Counted from the first letter of the stretch, positions 1-10,139 are shown. The stretch: 64,000 nt of DNA from an uncultured Opitutaceae bacterium (GCA_903862935.1 CAIOZY010000017.1:5649-69648); one strand, 5' to 3'. Notes: a model not told the origin generated them from the sequence alone. Numbers and translations are program-made.

Positions 1-1128
1 ATCCACCCGACGTGCATCCCGGTGACCGGTGACTACCAGTCAAAGCTGACGCTCATGTCGGAGTCGCTGCGCAACGACGGGCGGATCTGGGTCCCCAAGA
101 AGAAGGAGGACCGGCTGAAGGATCCGAATTCGATCCCGGAGTCAGACCGCGACTACTACCTGGAGCGGATGTACCCCGCATTCGGGAATCTCTGCCCCCG
201 CGACATTGCTTCCCGGGCCGCCAAGCGGGTCTGCGACGAGGGCCGTGGGGTCGGGGCTAGCGGACTGGGCGTCTACCTGGACTTCGCCGAAGCCATCGGT
301 CGGCTAGGCGAGGACGGGGTCCGCGAGCGCTACGGCAACCTCTTCGACATCTACCACGAAATCACAGACGAGAACGGCTACCAGGTGCCGATGCGCATCT
401 TCCCGGCCGTACACTACACGATGGGAGGGCTCTGGGTAGACTACAACTTGATGTCGAACCTTCCCGGACTGTTCGTCCTCGGAGAGGCCAACTTCTCCGA
501 CCATGGAGCTAACCGGCTCGGGGCCTCGGCCCTCATGCAGGGGCTTGCGGACGGCTACTTCGTCATCCCCTACACGATCGGCGACTATCTGGCCGGCCAG
601 AAGCCCGGCTCGCGCCCGGCGGCAGATCGTCCCGAGTTCCAGCAGGCCGAGACCAATGTCAAGGACATCACCCGGCGGCTTCTCGGCGTCAACGGAAGGC
701 GGCCGGTCAGCCACTTCCACAAGAAGCTTGGCCAGATCCTCTGGCAGCGCTGCGGAATGTCCCGCAACCGGGCGGACCTGGAGCAGGCAATCAGGGAGAT
801 TCCTGCCCTTAGGGAGGAGTTCTGGAGGGATGTGTGTGTTCGGGGCTCTGAAGCCTCGCTCAACCAGTCGCTTGAGCAGGCCGGGCGGGTCGCCGATTTC
901 CTGGAGCTTGGCGAACTGCTCTGTATGGACGCGCTGACCCGCGAAGAGAGCTGCGGCGGTCATTTCCGCGAGGAACACCAGTATCCCGACGGGGAGTGCA
1001 AGCGCGACGACGCCAACTTCGCGCACGCCGCTGCCTGGGAGTACCAGGGGGAAGGCCGTGCGCCTGTCCGCAACGTCGAGCCCCTCAACTACGAGTTCGT
1101 GAAGATGAGCGTCAGGAACTACAAATGA
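1..1128 (+). CDS. sdhA: succinate dehydrogenase / fumarate reductase flavoprotein subunit, C-terminal portion (5' end upstream of window)
   Basis: Frame 1 is open from base 1 ([16 protein letters not shown]...). It has the flavoprotein hallmarks [10 protein letters not shown] and [18 protein letters not shown]. The TGA at 1126-1128 overlaps the ATG of the next gene (ATGA). Confidence 0.9.
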   Translation: MHPTCIPVTGDYQSKLTLMSESLRNDGRIWVPKKKEDRLKDPNSIPESDRDYYLERMYPAFGNLCPRDIASRAAKRVCDEGRGVGASGLGVYLDFAEAIGRLGEDGVRERYGNLFDIYHEITDENGYQVPMRIFPAVHYTMGGLWVDYNLMSNLPGLFVLGEANFSDHGANRLGASALMQGLADGYFVIPYTIGDYLAGQKPGSRPAADRPEFQQAETNVKDITRRLLGVNGRRPVSHFHKKLGQILWQRCGMSRNRADLEQAIREIPALREEFWRDVCVRGSEASLNQSLEQAGRVADFLELGELLCMDALTREESCGGHFREEHQYPDGECKRDDANFAHAAAWEYQGEGRAPVRNVEPLNYEFVKMSVRNYK

Positions 1129-1949
1129 CCCAATCGGCCATGGTCGCTGCGAACACACCCTCTACCCGCTCGGTCACCCTGCGCGTTTGGCGCCAGGCCG
1201 GCCCGGGCCAGCCCGGTCGCTTTGTCGAGTACGCGGCGAAGGACCTTAACCCCAATATGTCGTTCTTGGAGATGCTCGACGTGGTGAACGACCAACTCAC
1301 GGTCAACGGGGACGAGCCTATCGCCTTCGCGCACGACTGCCGCGAGGGTATCTGCGGAACCTGCTCGCTCGTGATCGACGGCAAGCCCCACGGGCCCCAC
1401 CGGGCGATTGCCAGCTGCCAGACCTACCTGAGGAGCTTCGAGGACGGGGCCGTCATTACAGTCGAGCCGTTCCGCGTGCGTGCGTTCCCTGTGATCAAGG
1501 ACCTGGTGACGGACCGGTCTGCCTTCGACAAGATCCAGCAGGCGGGTGGCTTCGTGAGCGTGCGGACCGGGGCAGCCCCCGACGCAAACTCGATCCCTGT
1601 GCCGAAAGCGGACGCCGAACTCGCGATGGACGCGGCCCAGTGCATCGGCTGCGGCGCCTGCGCGGCGGCGTGCAAGAACGCGAGCGCCATGCTTTTCGTC
1701 GCCGCCAAGGCCTCCCATTTGGGCCTCCTCCCCCAGGGCCAGCCCGAGCGCGACCGGCGGGCGCTTGCCATGGTGGAGACCATGGACCGGCTCGGCTTCG
1801 GAAGCTGCACCAACCAATATGAGTGCAGTGCGGCCTGCCCTAAGCAGATTTCGCACGACTTCATCGCCCGGCTAAACCGCGACTACCTGAAGGCCACCTT
1901 CAAGGCCGCGTTCAAGCCGGAGGCGGCGGGCGGCGGCGGCGCAGCCTAG
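1125..1949 (+). CDS. sdhB: succinate dehydrogenase / fumarate reductase iron-sulfur subunit
   Basis: ATG 1125 overlaps the sdhA stop. The product has a 2Fe-2S motif (CREGICGTC) and two ferredoxin-type clusters ([11 protein letters not shown]; [12 protein letters not shown]). The ORF-track start at 996 lies inside sdhA and is rejected. Confidence 0.9.
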   Translation: MTQSAMVAANTPSTRSVTLRVWRQAGPGQPGRFVEYAAKDLNPNMSFLEMLDVVNDQLTVNGDEPIAFAHDCREGICGTCSLVIDGKPHGPHRAIASCQTYLRSFEDGAVITVEPFRVRAFPVIKDLVTDRSAFDKIQQAGGFVSVRTGAAPDANSIPVPKADAELAMDAAQCIGCGACAAACKNASAMLFVAAKASHLGLLPQGQPERDRRALAMVETMDRLGFGSCTNQYECSAACPKQISHDFIARLNRDYLKATFKAAFKPEAAGGGGAA

Positions 1950-2021
1950 CTCCAGGGCCGCGGCGTTTTTTTGGGAAACTTTCCGGGGCTAAGTGTGTTC
2001 TCATGGTATCCAAAATTTACC

Positions 2022-2234
2022 ATGAACAACAAATCCTCCTTCGCTCTTGTCTCCGCTCTGGTCGCGTTCGCCGCTCTGGTGCTTACCGCAGTCAATATTG
2101 AGTTCACCGCCTCGGCGATCTTCGCAACCGGCCTCGTCGCGCTTCTCCTCAATGAGTACGCCCGCGAGATCAAACCGCTGCCGGTCACGCCCCGGGTGTC
2201 GCCGATGAAGCCGTCGCTGAGGCTCGCAGCCTAG
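2022..2234 (+). CDS. small hypothetical membrane protein (two hydrophobic helices)
   Basis: MNNKSSFALVSALVAFAALVLTAVN...ATGLVALLLNEY. Third codon positions are GC-rich. ATG 2022 is preferred over 1971. A terminator hairpin follows. Confidence 0.4.
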   Translation: MNNKSSFALVSALVAFAALVLTAVNIEFTASAIFATGLVALLLNEYAREIKPLPVTPRVSPMKPSLRLAA

Positions 2235-2266
2235 TTTTCGCACGCCTTCCCGCTCACGCCAAGGCT

Positions 2267-2295
2267 CCGGCGCCCCGAGCGCCGGGGTCTTTTTT
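2267..2295. terminator. intrinsic terminator hairpin shared by convergent genes
   Basis: CCGGCGC (2267-2273) / loop CCCGA / GCGCCGG (2279-2285), followed by GGTCTTTTTT. It sits between the + strand small ORF and the - strand ORF that ends at 2294. Confidence 0.6.
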
Positions 2296-2563
2296 AGAAC
2301 ACCGACAGGGCCTTGGCGCTCTCAAGGAGGAACCAGACGGCTCCGAACGCCAGGGCCAGCACCAGCCCCTGCTTGGCTAGCCTGCGACCGCGGAGAACCG
2401 CGTCCTGAAGGTCCGTGTTCAGCGTCTTGCGGTTGCTTTGGGCGATGAAGCTCACGAACCGGGGGTCGCGCAGGCGGCTGCGAGGATCGCGCGCCAGCCC
2501 CAGCCGGAAGGCCGGCCTGTGAAGGAGTTGTCTCAGGGCGCGCAGCATACCGGATGAGACCAT
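2294..2563 (-). CDS. hypothetical protein with C-terminal hydrophobic helix
   Basis: ORF 2294..2632. An internal ATG (MVSSGML, 2563) avoids overlap with lysA. The C-terminus GLVLALAFGAVWFLL is hydrophobic. I recognise no family. Confidence 0.3.
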   Translation of the reverse strand: MVSSGMLRALRQLLHRPAFRLGLARDPRSRLRDPRFVSFIAQSNRKTLNTDLQDAVLRGRRLAKQGLVLALAFGAVWFLLESAKALSVF

Positions 2564-2630
2564 CGAAATTTTCGGGTCGTTTTTCAACCGAAAACTCGCC
2601 AGCGTGCCGGCTTTCCCGACCCAAACCTGC

Positions 2631-3935
2631 ATGCACCACTTCCGCTACATCGGGCACAACCTGCACTGTGAGTCGGTAGACCTCGCCGAGGTCGCCCGCC
2701 TATACGGGACGCCGACCTACGTCTACAGCGCAGCCACGATGGCCGACAATTACACCCGGCTTTCCAAGAGCCTCAGCGGGCTCGACTTCCAGATCTGCTT
2801 TGCCAACAAGGCCAATGCTAATCTTGGCGTCCTGCGTCACTTTGCCAATCTGGGGGCCGCCTTTGACTTCGCGAGCGGCGGCGAGCTGAGGCGGGTCCTG
2901 GCGGCCGGAGCCGACGTAAAGCGGAGCGTGTTTGCCGGCGTCGGCAAGACCGAGGCCGAGATCGTGCTCGCGCTGACGAGCGGCATCTTCGCTTTCCACG
3001 TCGAGAGCGAGCCGGAGTTGGCGCGGATTAACCACGTCGCCGGAAAGCTTGGCGTCAAAGCACCGATTTCAATTCGCGTTAACCCCGATGTCGACGCGCT
3101 GACTCACGCCAAGATCAGCACGGGCAAGAGCGAGCACAAGTTCGGGATTCCACTCCGGTTCGCGGCCGCCGCCTACGAGGCCGCCTCGAAGTACCCCCAC
3201 GTCGCGCTGCGGGGCGTCCAGATGCACATTGGCTCCCAGATCACCGAGGTCGAACCCCTGGTCGAGGCGGTCGAGAAGGTCGCCCCGCTCGCCGCCGAGC
3301 TCAAGGCCAAGTTCGGCATCACCTACTTCTCGATCGGCGGCGGGATCGGCATCGTCTACCGCGACGCCCTCGCAAGCGGTCAGGCCGCCTGGTGGGAGGC
3401 CCAGCCCGCGGACAAGCGGCCTATGACACCCGAGTCCTACGGGGCGGCGCTCGTTCCGCTGCTCAAGCCGCTCGGACTCAAGGTTGTCCTCGAACCCGGG
3501 AGATTCTTGGTCGGCAATGCCGGAGTCCTCCTTTCCCGGGTCGAATACCTGAAGCGTGGGCACGGAAAGAACTTCCTTATCGTTGACGCAGCGATGAACG
3601 ACCTGGTCAGGCCCGCGATGTACGATGCCTTCCATGAGATCGTTCCCCTACATCGCGACACGACGCGCCGGTCCCTTGTCGCCGACGTCGTCGGGCCGGT
3701 GTGCGAGACGAGCGACTGCTTCGCCAAGGATCGGTCCCTGCAGGAGCTTGGCGAGGGCGAGTATCTCGCGATCATGAGCGCGGGGGCCTACGGCCGGACC
3801 ATGGCGAGCCGCTACAACGCGCGGCCCCTTCCCGCCGAGGTGCTTGTCCAGGGCAGCGCCTTCGAGCTGGTGGCCGCAAGGGAAACCTTTGAACAGACGA
3901 TAGCAGGGGAGAAGATCCCCGCCTTCCTCGGATGA
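2631..3935 (+). CDS. lysA: diaminopimelate decarboxylase
   Basis: MHHFRYIGHNLHCESVDLAEVARLYGTPTYVY, PLP-lysine region CFANKAN, GGGIGI, EPGRFLVGNAG, CETSDCF. ATG 2631 fits a typical LysA N-terminus; GTG 2604 is also possible. Confidence 0.9.
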   Translation: MHHFRYIGHNLHCESVDLAEVARLYGTPTYVYSAATMADNYTRLSKSLSGLDFQICFANKANANLGVLRHFANLGAAFDFASGGELRRVLAAGADVKRSVFAGVGKTEAEIVLALTSGIFAFHVESEPELARINHVAGKLGVKAPISIRVNPDVDALTHAKISTGKSEHKFGIPLRFAAAAYEAASKYPHVALRGVQMHIGSQITEVEPLVEAVEKVAPLAAELKAKFGITYFSIGGGIGIVYRDALASGQAAWWEAQPADKRPMTPESYGAALVPLLKPLGLKVVLEPGRFLVGNAGVLLSRVEYLKRGHGKNFLIVDAAMNDLVRPAMYDAFHEIVPLHRDTTRRSLVADVVGPVCETSDCFAKDRSLQELGEGEYLAIMSAGAYGRTMASRYNARPLPAEVLVQGSAFELVAARETFEQTIAGEKIPAFLG

Positions 3936-3945
3936 GGCGCATGCC

Positions 3946-4965
3946 GTGAGGTTCGTCGTCATAGGTGCAGGCGCGTGGGGAACGGCCTTCGCTGTACACC
4001 TGTCTCAGGCGGGCCACTCAGTCGTCCTCGCTCCCCGGCGCAACGAACAGGTCGCCGCCCTTGAGGCCGCCCGCGAGAACGCTGACTACCTCCCGGGTGT
4101 CCCGTTGCCGAGGGGGCTCGCGATCTGCGCGGATCCCTGGATTGCCTCCGAGGGGACCGACGCCGCTTTCGTTGCCTGCCCGGCCCAGGCCCTGCGCGAG
4201 ACGGCGGGGCGCTGGAAGCAGGCCCTGGCCGCGGGTGCGGCGCCGAGGCCTGTCGTGAGCCTCTCGAAAGGGCTGGAGGCGGGAACCCATTTGAGGCCCT
4301 CCCAGGTCCTCGCTGCGATGCTGCCCTCGGCGGTGATCGGCGCCCTGGCCGGGCCGACCAACGCCGAGCAAGTCTCGCGCGGGCTTCCGGCTGCTATGGT
4401 CCTCGCCGCTGCCGGACCGGCTGCTTGGACGCCGGGACTGCAGGCAGCGGTCAGCAACCGTGCCCTGCGCGTCTACACAAGTGACGACCTTCCGGGCGTC
4501 GAGTTCGGGGGGGCTCTCAAGAACATCTACGCGATCGCGGCGGGCTGTGCCGACGGGCTAGGGCTGGGGGACAACGCAAAGTCGGCCCTTCTCACCCGGG
4601 CGCTGGCCGAGATGGTCCGCGTCGGGGCTGCGCTCGGAGCCCGGCCCGAGACGTTCTACGGGCTAAGTGGATTCGGGGACCTGGTCGCAACCTGCCACGG
4701 TACCTGGAGCCGCAACCACGAGTTTGGGCTACAGATCGGGCGGGGTCGGAGCGCGGCCGATCTGGCCTCCAACCGCAAGACGGTGGTCGAGGGCTACCGC
4801 ACCACGGAGTCTTTCGCCGGCCTGTGCGAGGAAAGGGGAATTGAGGCACCGATTCTGGCGGAGATGAGGGCGATTCTGTTCGCGGGACGCAGGCCGGCCG
4901 ACGCGCTGGCTTCCCTGATGATGAGGGGTCTCAAGGACGAGGGCGGACCGCCCGCCCCGCGCTGA
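3946..4965 (+). CDS. gpsA: NAD(P)H-dependent glycerol-3-phosphate dehydrogenase
   Basis: GTG start. N-terminal Rossmann motif VVIGAGAWGTAFA and the conserved GALKNIYAIAAG motif. The ~339 aa length is typical. Confidence 0.9.
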   Translation: MRFVVIGAGAWGTAFAVHLSQAGHSVVLAPRRNEQVAALEAARENADYLPGVPLPRGLAICADPWIASEGTDAAFVACPAQALRETAGRWKQALAAGAAPRPVVSLSKGLEAGTHLRPSQVLAAMLPSAVIGALAGPTNAEQVSRGLPAAMVLAAAGPAAWTPGLQAAVSNRALRVYTSDDLPGVEFGGALKNIYAIAAGCADGLGLGDNAKSALLTRALAEMVRVGAALGARPETFYGLSGFGDLVATCHGTWSRNHEFGLQIGRGRSAADLASNRKTVVEGYRTTESFAGLCEERGIEAPILAEMRAILFAGRRPADALASLMMRGLKDEGGPPAPR

Positions 4966-5028
4966 TCCAGGGCCTGCTGCTACGTCTGGACAACTGGCCC
5001 GGCAGTCCCTAAGGTTCCCCAAACCATC

Positions 5029-5709
5029 GTGGCGACTAGAGCAGTCATTATCGAGGATGAAGAGGTATTCCGGCGAATGCTCGCGATGGCGTTGAGCCGG
5101 CTGCGCGGGATCACGGTTTCCGGTTCCTTCGAGAACGGTCGCGTCGGAATGGAGTTTTGTCTTAAGGAAAAGCCCGACCTGCTGGTTGTAGATTTGTTCC
5201 TGCCCGGCATGCATGGGCTGGAAGTCGTCAAGGAGATCCGCGCCAAGCTGCCCGACACCAAGATCCTTGTCGTCACGGGCCACCCGGACGGCGACTTGCC
5301 GGCCCGCCTCATCGCCCAGGGAGTCCGCGGCTTTGTCGACAAGGAGGCGCCCCTGAGCTACGCCCTGCAGGCCGTCGAGTCGGTGCTTGGAGAGGGAATG
5401 TTCTTTTCGTCGCACATTCCGCCAACGGCAACGACCGCTGCCCACCGAGGCGGTCGCAAGATCGCGCCGGGCGCCAAGCCCGGCCCCCCGACCCCCGCGA
5501 TTGTGGCCGTGGAGACCCTGTCCGCCCGCGAACTCGAGGTGGCTCGGCTCGTCGCCGAGGGTTCGTCTTCGAAGGAGATTGCGGCCCGCCTGGACCTGAG
5601 CGTGCGCACGGTCGAAAAGCACCGCGCGAACATCATGGACAAGATCGGCGTGCGCGAGGTCGCGAGCCTCGTGCGCTGGTGCGTCCAGTGCGGGATCGTG
5701 AAGCGCTAG
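5029..5709 (+). CDS. two-component response regulator, NarL/FixJ (LuxR HTH) family
   Basis: REC domain (AVIIEDEE, DLLVVDLFLPGMHGLEV, KILVVTGH) plus a C-terminal LuxR-type HTH (LSARELEVARLVAEGSSSKEIAARLDLSVRTVEKHRANIMDKIGV). GTG start. Confidence 0.85.
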   Translation: MATRAVIIEDEEVFRRMLAMALSRLRGITVSGSFENGRVGMEFCLKEKPDLLVVDLFLPGMHGLEVVKEIRAKLPDTKILVVTGHPDGDLPARLIAQGVRGFVDKEAPLSYALQAVESVLGEGMFFSSHIPPTATTAAHRGGRKIAPGAKPGPPTPAIVAVETLSARELEVARLVAEGSSSKEIAARLDLSVRTVEKHRANIMDKIGVREVASLVRWCVQCGIVKR

Positions 5710-6059
5710 GAGCCCGCCGGCTGGCCCGGGCCAGCGAAGGGGCGCAAAGTGGCCTCAGCGTCGGACAGTTCCGAGGCGACCGCGTCAAGGTCCGCGTCGG
5801 TGACGACCCCGTCAATCTGGAGCAACCTCTGCTCGAGCTGAGCCATCCGGCCGGCCATCCGCGCAAGGCCCATCTGCTGCGAGCTGCTCTTCAAGCTGTG
5901 GGCCGCGCGGCTGGCGCGGACCCGGTCACCGCTCGACAGTTCCAAACGCAGCGGGTTAAGGCTCGCCAGGAAAAGCTGCGCAAGCTCACGGGCGTCGGCC
6001 TCACCGAGGATCGACACCAAGTCCGCAATCCGCTCGTTTGGCGCCGGGGACGCAGGCAT
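5706..6059 (-). CDS. Hpt (histidine phosphotransfer) domain protein
   Basis: 117 aa helical protein with AAHSLKSSSQQMG, the HxxKG-type phospho-histidine motif of Hpt domains. Its stop shares a CTAG palindrome with the convergent response regulator stop. Confidence 0.7.
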   Translation of the reverse strand: MPASPAPNERIADLVSILGEADARELAQLFLASLNPLRLELSSGDRVRASRAAHSLKSSSQQMGLARMAGRMAQLEQRLLQIDGVVTDADLDAVASELSDAEATLRPFAGPGQPAGS

Positions 6060-6062
6060 CCG

Positions 6063-6482
6063 TCAGGGAGTGGGGGGGCGAGTGGGCACCGGCAGGCTTC
6101 CGGCCGGCGACGCTCCGCGAACCGACAGGCGGATCCTCAGCTTGGAGTTTTCGGACGCGAGCGAGGAGACCTGGTCCTGGGCCTGGCGGAGCTGGGAGCG
6201 CAGGGCATCGGCCTCGGTCTTCAGCCGGGTGTTCTCATCCTGCAGCATGGTATAGCTGCGCAGCGCCATCGAGAGCTTGTCCTGGGCCTCGGCGAGCTGG
6301 CGCTGCAGGTCGCCCGTGTCCGGGGTTTCTACGGCGGGCGCCGCAGGCGCGGGGGTGGCTACAACCGCCGCTGGGGTTGCCGCGGGAGAGGCACCCGTCG
6401 CGGCGGGTGCGTCAGCCCTCGCCACGGAGGCGGCCAAGGTGAACAGGGCGCAGAAGGCGTAACAGAGACGGGCTGAGTGCAT
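6063..6482 (-). CDS. secreted coiled-coil protein, hypothetical
   Basis: Signal-like N-terminus MHSARLCYAFCALFTLAASVARA, an Ala/Pro-rich linker, then heptad-like LQRQLAEAQDKLSMALRSYTMLQDENTRLKTEADALRSQLRQAQDQVSSL. It lies 3 nt upstream of the Hpt gene on the same strand. Confidence 0.45.
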   Translation of the reverse strand: MHSARLCYAFCALFTLAASVARADAPAATGASPAATPAAVVATPAPAAPAVETPDTGDLQRQLAEAQDKLSMALRSYTMLQDENTRLKTEADALRSQLRQAQDQVSSLASENSKLRIRLSVRGASPAGSLPVPTRPPTP

Positions 6483-6528
6483 GGGATTAACTGTGGTGCA
6501 ATTTTGCCCCGGGCACAATCCCGCACCG

Positions 6529-7515
6529 TCACTTGGGCAGAAGCTCGCTCGTCAGGGCCTTCTCTTCCTTCAGCTCGTTCTCGGTGGCCACGATCCTTGA
6601 GCGGGCGAATTCGCTGATCGGGAGCCCCTGAACGATCTCCAGCTTGGAGCCGTTGCTGCGGGTCGGGAAGGAGTAGATGAGGCCCTTCTCGATCCCGTAG
6701 GAGCCGTCGGAGCATGTGGAAACGCTGAAGTACTCGCCGGGCTTGGTGGGGGTGGTGATGGCGCGCACCGTGTCAACGACCGCGTTGGCCGCGGATGCCG
6801 CCGAGCTCAGGCCGCGGGCCTTGATGATTTCCGACCCGCGCTGTTGCACGTTCGTGAGGAAGGCTCCGCGCAGCCAGTCCTGGTCGCTGATGGCCGACGA
6901 GGTTGGCCTCCCGGCGATCCTGGAATTCTCGAAGTCCGGGTACATCGTGGAGCTGTGATTGCCCCAGATCGCAAGGTTCGACACGGCGGTCGTATCGACG
7001 CCGGCCTTGCTGGCCAGCTGCGCCACGGCCCGATTCTGGTCGAGCATGGTCATCGCGAACCAGCGATCGGCCGGCAGTGACCGGGCGTTGTTCATCGCGA
7101 TCAGGCAGTTCGTGTTACAGGGATTGCCCACGACAAGCACCCGGACGTCCCCGGCCCCGTGCTTGGCGATCGCCTGCCCCTGTCCGATGAAGATCTTGCC
7201 GTTGATGCCGAGCAGGTCCTTGCGCTCCATACCGGCCTTGCGCGGGACTGATCCGACGAGCAGCGCCCAGTTGACCCCGGCGAAACCCTCGGCGAGCGAG
7301 GCCGTCGGCACGATGCCCTTGAGCAACGGGAAGGCGCAGTCCTCGAGCTCCATCACGACACCCTTCAGCGCGGGCAGGGCCGGCTCGATCTCGATCAGGT
7401 GGAGAAAGACCGGCTGGTCAGGACCAAACATGGATCCGGAGGCGATCCGAAAAAGCAGGGAATAACCGATCTGGCCGGCGGCGCCGGTGACTGCGACATG
7501 GACGGGGGATTTCAT
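6529..7515 (-). CDS. mdh: malate dehydrogenase (NAD, type 2)
   Basis: [53 protein letters not shown]. The product is 328 aa from the ATG at 7513-7515. The upstream part of the 575-aa track ORF is a spurious extension. Confidence 0.9.
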   Translation of the reverse strand: MKSPVHVAVTGAAGQIGYSLLFRIASGSMFGPDQPVFLHLIEIEPALPALKGVVMELEDCAFPLLKGIVPTASLAEGFAGVNWALLVGSVPRKAGMERKDLLGINGKIFIGQGQAIAKHGAGDVRVLVVGNPCNTNCLIAMNNARSLPADRWFAMTMLDQNRAVAQLASKAGVDTTAVSNLAIWGNHSSTMYPDFENSRIAGRPTSSAISDQDWLRGAFLTNVQQRGSEIIKARGLSSAASAANAVVDTVRAITTPTKPGEYFSVSTCSDGSYGIEKGLIYSFPTRSNGSKLEIVQGLPISEFARSRIVATENELKEEKALTSELLPK

Positions 7516-7564
7516 AAATGAAGGGGGTTGATTAACAAAACTTCGGAAAAGCGCACGCAATAAG

Positions 7565-8644
7565 TTAGGGACCCGCGCTCCGGAAGCGCGGGGCCATGGT
7601 GGAGTGAATCTCGCGGATGAGTCGCTCGGTCTCGCTCCAGCCGATGCAAGCGTCGGTGATCGAGACTCCGTAGCGCAGCGCGGCCTTTGGCTGGGGGAAC
7701 GGCTGACTGCCGGCTTCCAGGTTGCTCTCGACCATCGCCCCCATGATCGAGCGGTTGCCCGCGGCGATCTGGCTAAGGAGCGCTCGCAGGACTTCCGGCT
7801 GGCGCTCGGGTTTTTTCGCCGAGTTATCGTGGGAGCAGTCGACCAGAACGGAAGTAGGAAGCCCGGCGCGGGCGAGCAGCCTTTCCGTCTCTGCGATGTG
7901 GGCGGGCGAGTAGTTCGGGCCGCTCGAGCCGCCCCGCAGCACGACGTGGCAACTGGGGTTCCCCCGGGTGACGATTGCGGAGGCTGCCCCGTCGAGATCG
8001 ATTCCGAGGAAGGTCTGGGGCTGGGCGGCTGCCTTGATCGCGTTGATTGCGGTCTGCACCGATCCGTCGGTGCCGTTCTTGAAGCCCAGCGGCATCGACA
8101 GGCCGGAGGCCATTTGCCGGTGGGTCTGGGACTCGGCTGTCCGGGCCCCGATTGCCGACCAGCACACCAAGTCGGCGATGTACTGCGGGGTGATCGGATC
8201 GAGCAGTTCCGTTGCGGTTGGAAGCCCGAGGTCGAGCACGTCGCGCAGGAAACCACGGCCCATCCGCAGGCCGGCCTCCAAGTCGTGGGATCCGTCCAGA
8301 TGGGGGTCCATGATAAGCCCCTTCCAGCCGACCGTCGTCCGGGGCTTCTCGAAGTAGACCCTCATCACCACGAGCACCCGGTCCGATACCTCGCGGGCGA
8401 GCCCGGCAAGACGTCGGGCATAATCCCGTCCCGACTCGATGTCGTGGATCGAACAGGGACCCACCACCAGCAGGAACCGCGGATCATCGGTGAAGATGAT
8501 GTGGTGAACCTCCTGGCGAGCGCGGCTTACAAACTCAGCCTGGGCCTCAGATTTCGGAAGCTCAGCCAGGAGCCGAGCCGGGGCCGGCAAGGTGCGGGTC
8601 TCGATGACATTGATGTCGGATGTCCTTTTCACGGAAGGGGGCAC
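7565..8644 (-). CDS. aroG: 3-deoxy-7-phosphoheptulonate (DAHP) synthase, class I
   Basis: [25 protein letters not shown], 359 aa, GTG start. The isozyme (Phe/Tyr/Trp-sensitive) cannot be told from the sequence. Confidence 0.9.
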   Translation of the reverse strand: MPPSVKRTSDINVIETRTLPAPARLLAELPKSEAQAEFVSRARQEVHHIIFTDDPRFLLVVGPCSIHDIESGRDYARRLAGLAREVSDRVLVVMRVYFEKPRTTVGWKGLIMDPHLDGSHDLEAGLRMGRGFLRDVLDLGLPTATELLDPITPQYIADLVCWSAIGARTAESQTHRQMASGLSMPLGFKNGTDGSVQTAINAIKAAAQPQTFLGIDLDGAASAIVTRGNPSCHVVLRGGSSGPNYSPAHIAETERLLARAGLPTSVLVDCSHDNSAKKPERQPEVLRALLSQIAAGNRSIMGAMVESNLEAGSQPFPQPKAALRYGVSITDACIGWSETERLIREIHSTMAPRFRSAGP

Positions 8645-8741
8645 ACGCTTAGGGACAAAACGGACGGCGGCAAGCGGTTCAGTGACCGGGTTTGACCATG
8701 GTCGATGGGTGCCCGGCTCAAAGTCATGGGTATAAAAAAGT

Positions 8742-8782
8742 GGCGGGCCGCTTACCCCTAAGCGGCCCGCCTTTGCTTTCTT
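8742..8782. terminator. strong terminator-like hairpin (bidirectional) inside a divergent intergenic region
   Basis: Perfect 13-bp stem GGCGGGCCGCTTA (8742-8754) / loop CCCC / TAAGCGGCCCGCC (8759-8771). It is preceded by ATAAAAAAGT and followed by TTTGCTTTCTT, so it carries a U-tract on either strand. Confidence 0.5.
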
Positions 8783-8926
8783 AGTTACCCCAAAACTCCC
8801 GCTAGGCGGGAGAAGTGATAAATTGACTAGATGGAACGGTTAGATGCTTTCTTGGCCTCGTCAACTTGAATTCGAAATATTCCCTCTGGATAATCTTAAG
8901 AAATTAGATATTAATAGTTTAAGGAT

Positions 8927-9793
8927 ATGAAATCTGTCCCCATCACCTATTTTCGCTACCGCCCGGCGGCTTGGCTGAGAATGACCGGGGCCGACGCTGA
9001 AACCTTCTTGCAAGGCCAATTTACCAATGACTTACGTAATAAAACTCCCCTGACGGGAGTCTACGGGCTGTTTTTGAACCAAAAAGGCAAAACGATTGCA
9101 GATGGATTTGTCATGACTGGGTCCGGTTCGGATGAATTCTTGATCGGAAGCTATTTCTGCCCGGCTGCGAACCTTTTGAAGCGCTTAGGGGACTTTATCG
9201 TGGCCGACGAGGTGGAGATCGAGGACCTCACCTCGGGGGTCGCGGGTATCTCCCTGATGGGGGATGGCGCGGGCGAATGGCTCGGCTCTTCCCCCCGCGA
9301 GGGCTCGGTTTTCCACGGACGCCGCTCCGGTGGGGAGAGTTGGGAGTGGGTCCTGCCCGAAAACAGGGCCGGCGCCGCGGCGGCCCTCCTTGCGGGGGCG
9401 CGTGAATTTGACGCCCTCGGGATGGAGCAGGTCCGTATCGCGGCCGGAATCGCTGCCGTACCGCAGGACATAGGCCCCGGCGACCTTCCCAACGAAGGGG
9501 GACTCGAATCGGTTGCGATCTCCTACGACAAGGGCTGCTATTTGGGTCAGGAGATCATGGCCCGGCTCAAGACCCGAGGCCGCCTTCGCCGGAGTCTCAT
9601 GAGGGTCAAGGGCAACGGCCCGGCCCCGGTTCCGCCGGCCCCGCTGTGGCAGGCAGGCAGGCTCGCCGGCCAACTGCGCAGCGCCGTTCCCGGCCCCGGC
9701 GGGTTTCTGGGTCTCGCCCTCATGAACCTCGACGGACTAGGGGGGGCCGATCCCTCTCACTTTCTGAAGAGGGAGGCCCCGAGGTCTTCCTAG
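8927..9793 (+). CDS. ygfZ: folate-binding YgfZ / GcvT-like protein
   Basis: N-terminal GADAETFLQGQFTNDL and the family-defining KGCYLGQEIMARLKTRG motif. Confidence 0.75.
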   Translation: MKSVPITYFRYRPAAWLRMTGADAETFLQGQFTNDLRNKTPLTGVYGLFLNQKGKTIADGFVMTGSGSDEFLIGSYFCPAANLLKRLGDFIVADEVEIEDLTSGVAGISLMGDGAGEWLGSSPREGSVFHGRRSGGESWEWVLPENRAGAAAALLAGAREFDALGMEQVRIAAGIAAVPQDIGPGDLPNEGGLESVAISYDKGCYLGQEIMARLKTRGRLRRSLMRVKGNGPAPVPPAPLWQAGRLAGQLRSAVPGPGGFLGLALMNLDGLGGADPSHFLKREAPRSS

Positions 9794-9856
9794 ACTGAGG
9801 TTTTGCGTTTGACCGGCCCTTGGGCCGGCCGTTGCCTCAGTCGACCCGACCCGCGC

Positions 9857-10129
9857 ATGAACAAAGCCGAACTGGTTTCAGCCGTGAGAAAGCAGCTTGG
9901 ACCCAAGGTGTCCGCGGCGTCCGCGGAGAGGGCGGTCGACGCCGTGATCCGGGCTGTGAAGGGCGGATTGAGAGGCGACCGGGAGGTTCAGCTGGTCGGG
10001 TTCGGAACCTTTGTGCTGGCCTCGCGTCCGGCGCGATCCGGCTTCAATCCCCACACGCGGAAGCCGATGAGGATTCCCGCGATGAAGACGGTCCGATTCC
10101 GCCCCGGGTCGGACCTCAAAGGCCTGTGA
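9857..10129 (+). CDS. hup: HU family DNA-binding protein
   Basis: MNKAELVSAV...VQLVGFGTF...ARSGFNPHTRKPMRIPAMKTVRFRPG. The 90 aa length and beta-arm motif are typical of HU/IHF. ATG at 9857. Confidence 0.85.
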   Translation: MNKAELVSAVRKQLGPKVSAASAERAVDAVIRAVKGGLRGDREVQLVGFGTFVLASRPARSGFNPHTRKPMRIPAMKTVRFRPGSDLKGL

Positions 10130-10139
10130 TTTCGCGGTC

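Noticed and set aside
6529-8256. A 575-aa ORF on the - strand that would fuse a long Pro/Ser/Arg-rich N-terminus to malate dehydrogenase.
   Set aside because: The upstream 247 codons run out of frame through the DAHP synthase gene and have low-complexity, high-GC-artefact composition. A canonical MDH N-terminus ([18 protein letters not shown]) starts at ATG 7515 and gives the expected 328 aa.
8645-8741. A leader peptide for aromatic amino-acid attenuation upstream of aroG.
   Set aside because: The only small ORF on the - strand (MTLSRAPIDHGQTRSLNRLPP...) lies downstream of the terminator hairpin, contains no Phe/Tyr/Trp run and overlaps the aroG start. It does not fit the attenuation model.
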